This document shows positions 16,903 through 23,811 of a stretch of 26,566 nt of DNA, piece after piece. The stretch lies in NCBI GenBank assembly GCA_001000035.1, contig LCGX01000001.1, positions 1 through 26,566 on the forward strand. Direction: 5' to 3'. Source of the stretch: Candidatus Nomurabacteria bacterium GW2011_GWF2_43_8. GTDB lineage: Bacteria > Patescibacteriota > Minisyncoccia > Phycocordibacterales > UBA9973. The notes beneath the pieces were generated by a model. It saw only the letters and a program-made list of their open reading frames with translations. It was not told where the DNA came from and did no database searches. The first letter of the stretch is position 1, and each line of letters starts with the position of its first letter. Both the position numbers and the translations under genes were made by a program.

Positions 16903-18609
16903 ATGCAAAGCGAAACAAAAAACTGCCAGAATTGTAAAAAAGATTTCATTATTGAGCCTGATGATTTTGGGTTCTACGAAAAAATCAAAGTCCCTCCACC
17001 GACTTTTTGCCCAGAGTGCCGGCTTGTTCGTCGTCTTGCAAGCACCAACGAACGTGTGTTGTATAAAAGAAAATGTGACTTTTCCGGAGATGAAATTTTT
17101 TCTATGTATCCGGCGGATGCGCCTTTCCCGGTTTATAATACTGACGATTGGTACTCGGATAAGTGGGATTCATATCAATACGGGATGGATTATGATTTCT
17201 CACGACCGTTTTTTGAGCAGTTCCAAGAACTTTTAAATAAAGTTCCCAAAATGGCTCTTGTCCGGCAAGGACTTTCCGTAAATAGTCCTTATGTGCATCG
17301 TGTGACAAATCCTAAAAATTCGTACATGGTTTTCAGGGCGACCGACCCAATTGATTCTTTTTATTCGTATATTGTGGAAGGGTTAAAAGATTCGAGCGAT
17401 TGTGTTTGGTCCAATAAAATGGAATTATGTTATGAATGCATTAATTGCGAGAATTGCTACAATCTTCGTTTTTCTCAAGAGAGTGTAAACTGCCGGGATT
17501 CCTCTTTCCTTTATGCTTGCAGAAATTGTTCTAATTGTATGGGTTGTGTGAACCTTGTGAATAAGGAATTCTATATTTGGAATGAACATTATTCCAGGGA
17601 AGAATATTTCAAAAAGCTGGAGGAGTTGAAATTAGATAGTTTTTCCGGAATAGAAAAAATGGAAAAAGAATTTCAGGTATTCAGGAAAAAGTTTCCTCAA
17701 AAAGCGGTTAATTCCATAAAATCAGAACAGATTTCCGGTAACGGGTTTTCTAATTGCAAAAACGTACATCAGTCTTTTGATTGTATAAATGTTCGCGACG
17801 GGAAATTCCTCTTTTCGATTTTTGATACGCAGGATAGTATGGACTATTTTGAGTGGGGGAATAAATCGGAATTGATATATGAATCTGAAAATTGTGGAAT
17901 CAATACTTCCAGAATTTCATTCTCCACCCAGTGCTGGACCGGTGCCCATGATCTTAAATATTGCGATTCTTGCCCAGGATCGAGTAATTGTTTCGGTTGT
18001 ATCGGCCTGAAGAAAGGAGAGTATTCGGTGCTGAATAAAAAATATAACAAAGAGGAATATGAAAGTCTGGTACTTAAAATTATTAAACAGATGAAAGAGA
18101 TTCCCTATATGGATAAAAGGGGAGTTCAATATAGGTTTGGCGAACATTTTCCAGATGAGCTTTCTGTGTTCGGCTATAATGAAACTGCCGCTTTTGATTT
18201 TTTTCCACTAACCAAAGAAGAGGCAATAAAAAGAGGATATAAATGGAGGAATAGAGAAAAGAAAAATTATAAAACAACTGTTGTAAGTAAGGACCTTCCT
18301 GAAACCATCAATGAAGTTAATGATTCGATATTAAAGGAAGTAATTGAGTGTGGGGAAAAGAATAGTCCCTTTTCCACGGGTGCATACCGTATTGCTCCCA
18401 ATGAATTAGCTTTTTATCGAAAGATGAATTTGCCCCTTCCGCGAGTTTGCTTTGATGTCAGGCATATGCGTCGTATTTTCAAACATCCCCCTTTTAAATT
18501 ACTAAAACGAAATTGCGCGAAGTGTGGCGCAGAAACAGAAACAGTTTATCCAGAAGACTACGCGCCGATAATTTTTTGCGAGGATTGCTATAAACAGGAA
18601 GTTTACTAG
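16903..18609 (+). CDS. Cys-rich multi-CxxC hypothetical protein, paralogue 3
   Basis: 568 aa; same architecture with several CxxC pairs degenerate. Confidence 0.9.
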   Translation: MQSETKNCQNCKKDFIIEPDDFGFYEKIKVPPPTFCPECRLVRRLASTNERVLYKRKCDFSGDEIFSMYPADAPFPVYNTDDWYSDKWDSYQYGMDYDFSRPFFEQFQELLNKVPKMALVRQGLSVNSPYVHRVTNPKNSYMVFRATDPIDSFYSYIVEGLKDSSDCVWSNKMELCYECINCENCYNLRFSQESVNCRDSSFLYACRNCSNCMGCVNLVNKEFYIWNEHYSREEYFKKLEELKLDSFSGIEKMEKEFQVFRKKFPQKAVNSIKSEQISGNGFSNCKNVHQSFDCINVRDGKFLFSIFDTQDSMDYFEWGNKSELIYESENCGINTSRISFSTQCWTGAHDLKYCDSCPGSSNCFGCIGLKKGEYSVLNKKYNKEEYESLVLKIIKQMKEIPYMDKRGVQYRFGEHFPDELSVFGYNETAAFDFFPLTKEEAIKRGYKWRNREKKNYKTTVVSKDLPETINEVNDSILKEVIECGEKNSPFSTGAYRIAPNELAFYRKMNLPLPRVCFDVRHMRRIFKHPPFKLLKRNCAKCGAETETVYPEDYAPIIFCEDCYKQEVY

Positions 18610-18618
18610 CCATTGGCT

Positions 18619-18644
18619 AAGTTTATTAATCTATAAATAAACTT
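18619..18644. repeat. AT-rich inverted repeat after paralogue 3
   Basis: AAGTTTATT-aatctata-AATAAACTT; weak terminator or protein-binding site. Confidence 0.45.
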
Positions 18645-18659
18645 GCAAGAAGAGGGAAG

Positions 18660-18668
18660 TTATCCACA
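18660..18668 (+). promoter_or_regulatory. Consensus DnaA box
   Basis: TTATCCACA exact match, 6 bp upstream of the ddl -35 element. Confidence 0.6.
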
Positions 18669-18674
18669 GGTTTT

Positions 18675-18703
18675 TTGACTTTGTGGTTTTTATTCTATAA
18701 AAT
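18675..18703 (+). promoter_or_regulatory. sigma70-type promoter for ddl (leaderless-type)
   Basis: TTGACT, 17 bp spacer, TAAAAT ending 6 nt before GTG 18710. Confidence 0.65.
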
Positions 18704-18709
18704 AAGGGT

Positions 18710-21106
18710 GTGTCAAAAACCATTTTTCGCAAAAATATAGAGAAAAAGTTCAAAATCGCCCTCCTGACCGGCGGGCCGTCCCTAGAGCGCGGAATATCCT
18801 TAAATTCGGCTAGGTCCGCTTTGGATCATCTAGGGAGCGACAACGTGGAGATTGTTCCCGTTTATTTTGACCAAAAGAAAAAGGCTTATCAGATTTCCAT
18901 CGATCAGCTTTACTCGAACAATCCTTCGGATTTTGATTTTAAACTAGCCGAGCATTCATCTTCTTTGAGCCCCAAAAAGTTGGTGGAACTTCTGCGGTCG
19001 GTTGATATTGTTTTCCCCGCCATGCACGGGCCGTTCGGCGAAGACGGGCAAGTACAGGCATTTCTGGAAAAAAATAAAATTCCTTTCGTTGGATCGGGCA
19101 GCCGGGCCTGCAAAAAGGCCTTCGATAAATACGAAGCGAATAAAATTATCAGTCAAAAAGGTTTTTTTACCCTACCGGACGCTCTGCTTAAAATTTATTC
19201 GAAAGACAATACAAGGATAATAGAGAATTTTTTCAGGAAACATAAGATAAAAAGGGCCATTGTCAAACCGGCAACCGGCGGTTCCAGCATTGGAACTTTT
19301 TCCGTATCCAGTATTGCCGAAACCCTGGAAAAAGCAAACCTGATATTCAGGAAGAGAATGGATACGCGGGTGGTGCTGGAGCCCTTCGCCCGAGGGCGGG
19401 AATTCACCGTCATTGTCCTGCAAAATAGTTTCGGCCTGCCGGTCGCTCTCATACCTTCGGAGATTGAGATGGCCTACCACGAAGGCAGGATTTTTGATTT
19501 CCGAAAAAAATACCTGCCGACCAACCAGGTCAAATACCATTGCCCGCCGAAATTCGAAATGGAAACAATCGAAAAGATAAGAACGGAGGCAGCGCAGATT
19601 TTTTCTCTTTTTGGCCTGAATGACTTCGCGCGCTTCGACGGATGGGTCTTCCCGGACGGGAAAATCTGGTTTTCCGATTTCAATACGGTCTCCGGCATGG
19701 AGCAGAACAGCTTCCTTTTCCAGCAATCCTCTCGCCTCGGCATGAGCCATAGTGATCTTCTCCATTACGTCGCCAAAAATTCGTGTGCCAGGCAGAAAAT
19801 TGATTTTCCTCGGCCGGAGAAAAGCGGCAAAGAAGGAAAAAGAAAGCCCGTTTCGGTCATATTCGGCGGGCAGACCTCCGAGAGGCAGGTATCGCTTATG
19901 AGCGGAACGAATGTCTGGCTCAAACTGTGGAAGTCAAAAATTTACGAGCCCGTTCCGTATTTGCTTGACCCGGAAAACAATGTCTGGAAGCTCCCTTACG
20001 CTCTTATTTTAAACCACACAGTCGAAGAAATAACAGAAAACGCTGAAAATGCCGCCAAAGAAGAGGGAAAAAACGAGAGTTTGATTGGTCGCGTCAAGGA
20101 GGAGCTCAAACTATCCGAAGAAGAGGCGACGGAGCCTTTTTTCCTGCCGGAGAAGATGTCCTTCGGGGAATTTGCCAGGCGGTCAAAATTTGTTTTCCTG
20201 GGGCTCCACGGCGGAGACGGAGAGAACGGTAATTTTCAGAAACTTTTGGCAAAATCGGGGGTGAGGTTCAACGGCTCCGACGAGAGCGTTTCCCGCCTTT
20301 GCATGGACAAATTTAATACGGGCGAATTTATCAGAAGTTTAAATATAAAAAATTTAGGAATTTCTAGTCAGAAAATCATCAACCTTTCTGTCTTTGAGAA
20401 ATTGGATTTTAATGTTTTTTGGAAGAATTTATGCAGGGAATTTAATTCAAAAACTTTGATTGTAAAGCCGCGTTCTGACGGATGTTCAACAGGCGTTGCT
20501 CATTTATACAATTCAGATGATTTAAAGAATTACGTGCATTATTTAAAAAACGGAGAAGCATTTATTCCGGCCAATGTTCTTTCCAATCATGGAATAGTGG
20601 AGTTACCGCACGAAAAAACTCATGAAGTTTTATTTGAAAAATTTATTGAGACCGATCCTGTGCATGTCAAAGGGAATAAACTAAAATATACGAGGAAAAG
20701 TGGCTGGGTGGAGATTACTATCGGCCTGCTTGAAGAAAATGGAAAAATGCGCGCTTTTAATCCAAGCATCACCATTGCCGAGGGTGAAGTGCTTTCAGTG
20801 GAAGAAAAATTTCAAGGGGGGACTGGAATCAATCTTACTCCTCCACCAAAAGAAATAGTTAAACAAAAAGCGGTTTTAAAAACTCGTAAGTTAGTGGAAA
20901 AATTAGTTACAAAAATTGGCATAAAAGATTATGCGCGGATTGACGCATTTATGAATGTAACTATTGGAGCGCTTATTGCGATAGAGGTTAACACTTTGCC
21001 GGCCCTTACTCCTTCCACGGTGTTTTACCATCAGGCGCTGGCGGAGAATCCAAAAATTTTTCCGCTCCAGCTGCTCGAGAAAATAATCAAAAACAGCGGG
21101 TACTGA
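18710..21106 (+). CDS. ddl: Tandem two-domain D-alanine--D-alanine ligase
   Basis: Two Ddl modules: GGPSLERGIS..HGPFGEDG..KPATGGSSIG..RFDG..DFNTVSG and GGQTSERQVS..HGGDGENG..KPRSDGCSTG..RIDA..EVNTLPA. Confidence 0.93.
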   Translation: MSKTIFRKNIEKKFKIALLTGGPSLERGISLNSARSALDHLGSDNVEIVPVYFDQKKKAYQISIDQLYSNNPSDFDFKLAEHSSSLSPKKLVELLRSVDIVFPAMHGPFGEDGQVQAFLEKNKIPFVGSGSRACKKAFDKYEANKIISQKGFFTLPDALLKIYSKDNTRIIENFFRKHKIKRAIVKPATGGSSIGTFSVSSIAETLEKANLIFRKRMDTRVVLEPFARGREFTVIVLQNSFGLPVALIPSEIEMAYHEGRIFDFRKKYLPTNQVKYHCPPKFEMETIEKIRTEAAQIFSLFGLNDFARFDGWVFPDGKIWFSDFNTVSGMEQNSFLFQQSSRLGMSHSDLLHYVAKNSCARQKIDFPRPEKSGKEGKRKPVSVIFGGQTSERQVSLMSGTNVWLKLWKSKIYEPVPYLLDPENNVWKLPYALILNHTVEEITENAENAAKEEGKNESLIGRVKEELKLSEEEATEPFFLPEKMSFGEFARRSKFVFLGLHGGDGENGNFQKLLAKSGVRFNGSDESVSRLCMDKFNTGEFIRSLNIKNLGISSQKIINLSVFEKLDFNVFWKNLCREFNSKTLIVKPRSDGCSTGVAHLYNSDDLKNYVHYLKNGEAFIPANVLSNHGIVELPHEKTHEVLFEKFIETDPVHVKGNKLKYTRKSGWVEITIGLLEENGKMRAFNPSITIAEGEVLSVEEKFQGGTGINLTPPPKEIVKQKAVLKTRKLVEKLVTKIGIKDYARIDAFMNVTIGALIAIEVNTLPALTPSTVFYHQALAENPKIFPLQLLEKIIKNSGY

Positions 21107-21125
21107 TCCCGCCGAGGGCAGAAAG

Positions 21126-21154
21126 TTGCGTTTTTTAACTTTTTATATTAATCT
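21126..21154 (+). promoter_or_regulatory. Putative promoter for rpmG (leaderless-type)
   Basis: TTGCGT, 17 bp spacer, TAATCT ending 6 nt before ATG 21161. Confidence 0.45.
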
Positions 21155-21160
21155 GTAAAT

Positions 21161-21319
21161 ATGTCACAAGATAGACTTATAAAACTCGCCTGCGGAAACT
21201 GCAAGCGCATAAATTACTGGTCAAGCAAGAACAAAAAACTTGTAACCAAAAAAATCGAGCTCAAAAAGTATTGCAAATGGTGCCGAAAACAGACCAAGCA
21301 CAAGGAGGCAAAAAAATAG
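21161..21319 (+). CDS. rpmG: 50S ribosomal protein L33 (Zn-ribbon form); below the ORF-track length cutoff
   Basis: MSQDRLIKLACGNCKRINYWSSKNKKLVTKKIELKKYCKWCRKQTKHKEAKK; CxxC...CxxC; next to tRNA-Trp. Confidence 0.96.
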   Translation: MSQDRLIKLACGNCKRINYWSSKNKKLVTKKIELKKYCKWCRKQTKHKEAKK

Positions 21320-21339
21320 CTTTATTTTCCGCAATATTT

Positions 21340-21348
21340 TGTTATAAT
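21340..21348 (+). promoter_or_regulatory. Extended -10 for tRNA-Trp
   Basis: TG-t-TATAAT about 21 nt upstream of the mature tRNA. Confidence 0.5.
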
Positions 21349-21369
21349 CAATTTGCAACAAAATGTTGT

Positions 21370-21440
21370 GGGTCTATAGTTCAGTGGTAGAATAGCGGTC
21401 TCCAAAACCGTTGACCGAGGTTCGAATCCTCGTGGACCCG
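21370..21440 (+). tRNA. trnW: tRNA-Trp (CCA), 3' CCA not encoded
   Basis: Acceptor GGGTCTA/TGGACCC; anticodon arm GCGGT-CT-CCA-AA-ACCGT; T loop GGTTCGAATCC. Confidence 0.96.
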
Positions 21441-21441
21441 C

Positions 21442-21714
21442 ATGGAAGAAAAAGTACAAAAACTGGAGAGAGAAGTCGAAGAAATACAGGCCAGAAATTC
21501 GAGGGTGGAAGCGGACAAAGCATGGGAAGTCAGCTGGGCTAGGCAGTTGTTTATTGCCGTCAGCACCTACATTATCGCGGGCATTTGGTTGGTAGTGATT
21601 CATGATACCTTTCCTTGGTTAAAAGCGTTCGTTCCTTCGGTTGGATATCTGTTATCCGTTCAATCTTTACCTTTTATTAAAAAGTGGTGGGCAGCAAACT
21701 ATGGAAGAAAATAG
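21442..21714 (+). CDS. Small membrane hypothetical protein (coiled N-terminus, hydrophobic C-terminal half)
   Basis: 90 aa; RNSRVEADKAWEVSW followed by hydrophobic segments. Confidence 0.75.
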   Translation: MEEKVQKLEREVEEIQARNSRVEADKAWEVSWARQLFIAVSTYIIAGIWLVVIHDTFPWLKAFVPSVGYLLSVQSLPFIKKWWAANYGRK

Positions 21715-22156
21715 AGCCAAATTTACAATTGGAGTATTTGGAATAATTTTTAATGAGCAAAGAAAAGTATTGCTAGTTCATAGAACAGATTATGACTTAT
21801 GGAATTTACCTGGTGGTGGTTTAGAAAAAAGAGAACCTCCGTGGGAAGGAGTAAAAAGAGAAGTTAAGGAAGAAACCGGATTTGATGTCGAAGTTAAGAA
21901 GCTTGTCGGTTTTTATAGCAAAAAAGATCAAGACGATTTAGCTCTTTCTTTTTTATGTAAAATTATCGGCGGACAAGCTACTTTAAACAACGAAGCGGAT
22001 AAAATTGAATATTTTGAAGTTGATAAATTGCCGCTTAATACAATACCCAAACAAGTAGAAAGAATAAAAGATGCTTTACAAAATTCTGATATAACTATTC
22101 TAAAAATACAAACAGGAAAATCCTCAATTGAACTCGCTAAAGAAGGAAAATTATAA
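21701..22156 (+). CDS. NUDIX hydrolase
   Basis: Nudix box GGGLEKREPPWEGVKREVKEETG; likely start is the internal ATG 21701 (MEENRAKF). Confidence 0.9.
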   Translation: MEENRAKFTIGVFGIIFNEQRKVLLVHRTDYDLWNLPGGGLEKREPPWEGVKREVKEETGFDVEVKKLVGFYSKKDQDDLALSFLCKIIGGQATLNNEADKIEYFEVDKLPLNTIPKQVERIKDALQNSDITILKIQTGKSSIELAKEGKL

Positions 22157-22158
22157 TT

Positions 22159-22500
22159 CTATTCCTCTTTCTCAAACCTTTCCAAAACCCAACTCACGAT
22201 TGCAAGAACTATGCCAAATAGAAGTGCCCACCAAAAACTGGCTACAGTAAATCCGGGTACGATATAACTCGCGAGCATAACGAGAAGGCCATTGATAACT
22301 AATATAAAAAGTCCGAGGGTTACGATTGTCAAAGGCAAAGTCAAAAACACAAGTATCGGACGCAAGATTGTATTAATGACGCCGAGGACGACTGCCAAAA
22401 CAAGCGCCGCGACTATTCCGTCCACATGCACTCCGGGTAAAATATAAGCTGTTACTAATATAGCGAGAGCTGAAACAATAAAATGTATTAATGTTTTCAT
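22159..22500 (-). CDS. Four-TM holin-family (YvlD-like) membrane protein
   Basis: INTILRPILVFLTLPLTIVTLGLFILVING; VPGFTVASFWWAL; ATGA overlap with miaA. Confidence 0.85.
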   Translation of the reverse strand: MKTLIHFIVSALAILVTAYILPGVHVDGIVAALVLAVVLGVINTILRPILVFLTLPLTIVTLGLFILVINGLLVMLASYIVPGFTVASFWWALLFGIVLAIVSWVLERFEKEE

Positions 22501-23339
22501 GGTTTTTTAATTATATCATAAACTTTTACCTTTGACGCATCGAACCACTTGATCTCTTTATCTCGCTTGAACCAGGTCATCTGGCGCTTGGCGTATTTTA
22601 AGGTTTCTTTTATTACTTTTTCCGGAGTTGGTTTGTCATATCCAAAACCGAATTCTTTTAACCTTTTATCGGATACCCCAGCGCGCTTTAATTTTTTAAT
22701 TTCACCCAACAAGCCAGCTCTAAACATTTTTTTGACTCTTTGTTCATTTTTTTTCTTCAACAATTTCTCCGGCAAATATAAACCAATTTTTATAAATTTA
22801 TAATCTGGCTTTTTTTCTGTCAGGTGGGGGACTTTGCCCAGGGCTTTAACTATTTCAATGGCTCTGATTAATCTGACCTTATTTTGAGAATCAATATTTT
22901 TAGCCCTTTTGGCGTCTAATTTTTTTAATACTTTAAATAATGCGATCGCAGATTTTATAGTAAGTTCTTTCCGCAATTTAATATTTGGCGGAACTTCTGG
23001 AAATATTGTTCCTTTAGTTATCGCGTCAATATAAAATCCCGTGCCTCCGCAGATAATCGGTATTTTACCTCTTTTTATAATCTCCGCTATAGCGTAGATT
23101 GCTAATTTTTGGTATTCAGCGACGGTAAATACGCGCCTGGGATTCGCCATATCAAGCAAGTGATGCGGAATGCCCCTCATCTCTTTCTGGGTTATTTTCC
23201 ATGTACTGATATTCAGGCCTTTATAAACCTGTCGCGAGTCGGCGGAAATAACTTCACCCCCCAATTTTTTAGCTATTTTAACCGCTAAATCGCTTTTGCC
23301 GGTTGCTGTTTGGCCCAGAATTACACAAACTTTTTGCAT
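22497..23339 (-). CDS. miaA: tRNA dimethylallyltransferase
   Basis: GQTATGKS; ISADSRQVYKGL; GGTGFY; RLIRAIEI; YAKRQMTWF. Confidence 0.96.
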   Translation of the reverse strand: MQKVCVILGQTATGKSDLAVKIAKKLGGEVISADSRQVYKGLNISTWKITQKEMRGIPHHLLDMANPRRVFTVAEYQKLAIYAIAEIIKRGKIPIICGGTGFYIDAITKGTIFPEVPPNIKLRKELTIKSAIALFKVLKKLDAKRAKNIDSQNKVRLIRAIEIVKALGKVPHLTEKKPDYKFIKIGLYLPEKLLKKKNEQRVKKMFRAGLLGEIKKLKRAGVSDKRLKEFGFGYDKPTPEKVIKETLKYAKRQMTWFKRDKEIKWFDASKVKVYDIIKKP

Positions 23340-23345
23340 AACATC

Positions 23346-23373
23346 AGCATATCATAAATGAAAGTGATATAAT
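23346..23373. promoter_or_regulatory. Back-to-back extended -10 promoters for miaA (-) and DUF296 (+)
   Basis: Minus strand TG-a-TATGCT (23354-23346) and plus strand TG-a-TATAAT (23365-23373), each 6 nt before its ATG. Confidence 0.6.
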
Positions 23374-23379
23374 AAAATT

Positions 23380-23802
23380 ATGAAATATAAAAAAGTAAAC
23401 GCGGGATATTTTATAAAACTTGAAAAAGGCGAGGAAATAATACAAGGACTTACACAATTCTGCGAAGACAATAATATTAGATCGGGTTCGATTTCCGGCG
23501 TGGGCGGTACTGATAATGTTGCCATAAAATACTATGATTTAGAAAAAGGGGAGTATCTTCCCAAAAGATTCAGTGGCCAGAGTTATGAAATAGTTTCTTT
23601 AAATGGGAATATTTCCTTGGTGGAAGATAAACCCTTCGTGCATCTCCATATTATGCTAGGCGATTCGGATTACAGGACGTTCGGAGGGCATCTCGGGTCG
23701 GCGGTCGTAGATATTACATGCGAGATAGCCATAAATATGTCTGACAGCGTCATTAACCGAAAATTCAACAATGAATTTAAGGTAAATTTTTGGGATTTTT
23801 AA
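23380..23802 (+). CDS. PPC/DUF296-domain protein
   Basis: IKLEKGEEI; SGVGG; YEIVSLNGNIS; VHLHIMLGD; GGHL. Confidence 0.9.
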   Translation: MKYKKVNAGYFIKLEKGEEIIQGLTQFCEDNNIRSGSISGVGGTDNVAIKYYDLEKGEYLPKRFSGQSYEIVSLNGNISLVEDKPFVHLHIMLGDSDYRTFGGHLGSAVVDITCEIAINMSDSVINRKFNNEFKVNFWDF

Positions 23803-23811
23803 CTGGATTTT

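Noticed and set aside
11719-18609. Multiheme cytochromes or ferredoxins for the Cys-rich proteins
   Set aside because: No regular CxxCH series with an export signal (an isolated GCHSC/CSHC is insufficient) and no clean CxxCxxCxxxCP ferredoxin motif.
18660-18668. oriC
   Set aside because: Single perfect DnaA box in a ~100-bp spacer; other candidates (16844-16852, near 25247) have two mismatches; no dnaA or dnaN nearby.
21641-21700. Upstream ATG start for the NUDIX gene
   Set aside because: It would overlap the preceding CDS by 74 nt with non-conserved-looking sequence; ATG 21701 gives a normal NUDIX N-terminus.
21442-21714. SecE, suggested by position and a VSW-then-TM pattern
   Set aside because: Lacks the ExxKVxWP motif and has a different hydrophobic layout and length.
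22159-22500. Prophage, suggested by the holin-family gene
   Set aside because: No other phage genes; this family is common in chromosomes and the gene is coupled to miaA.
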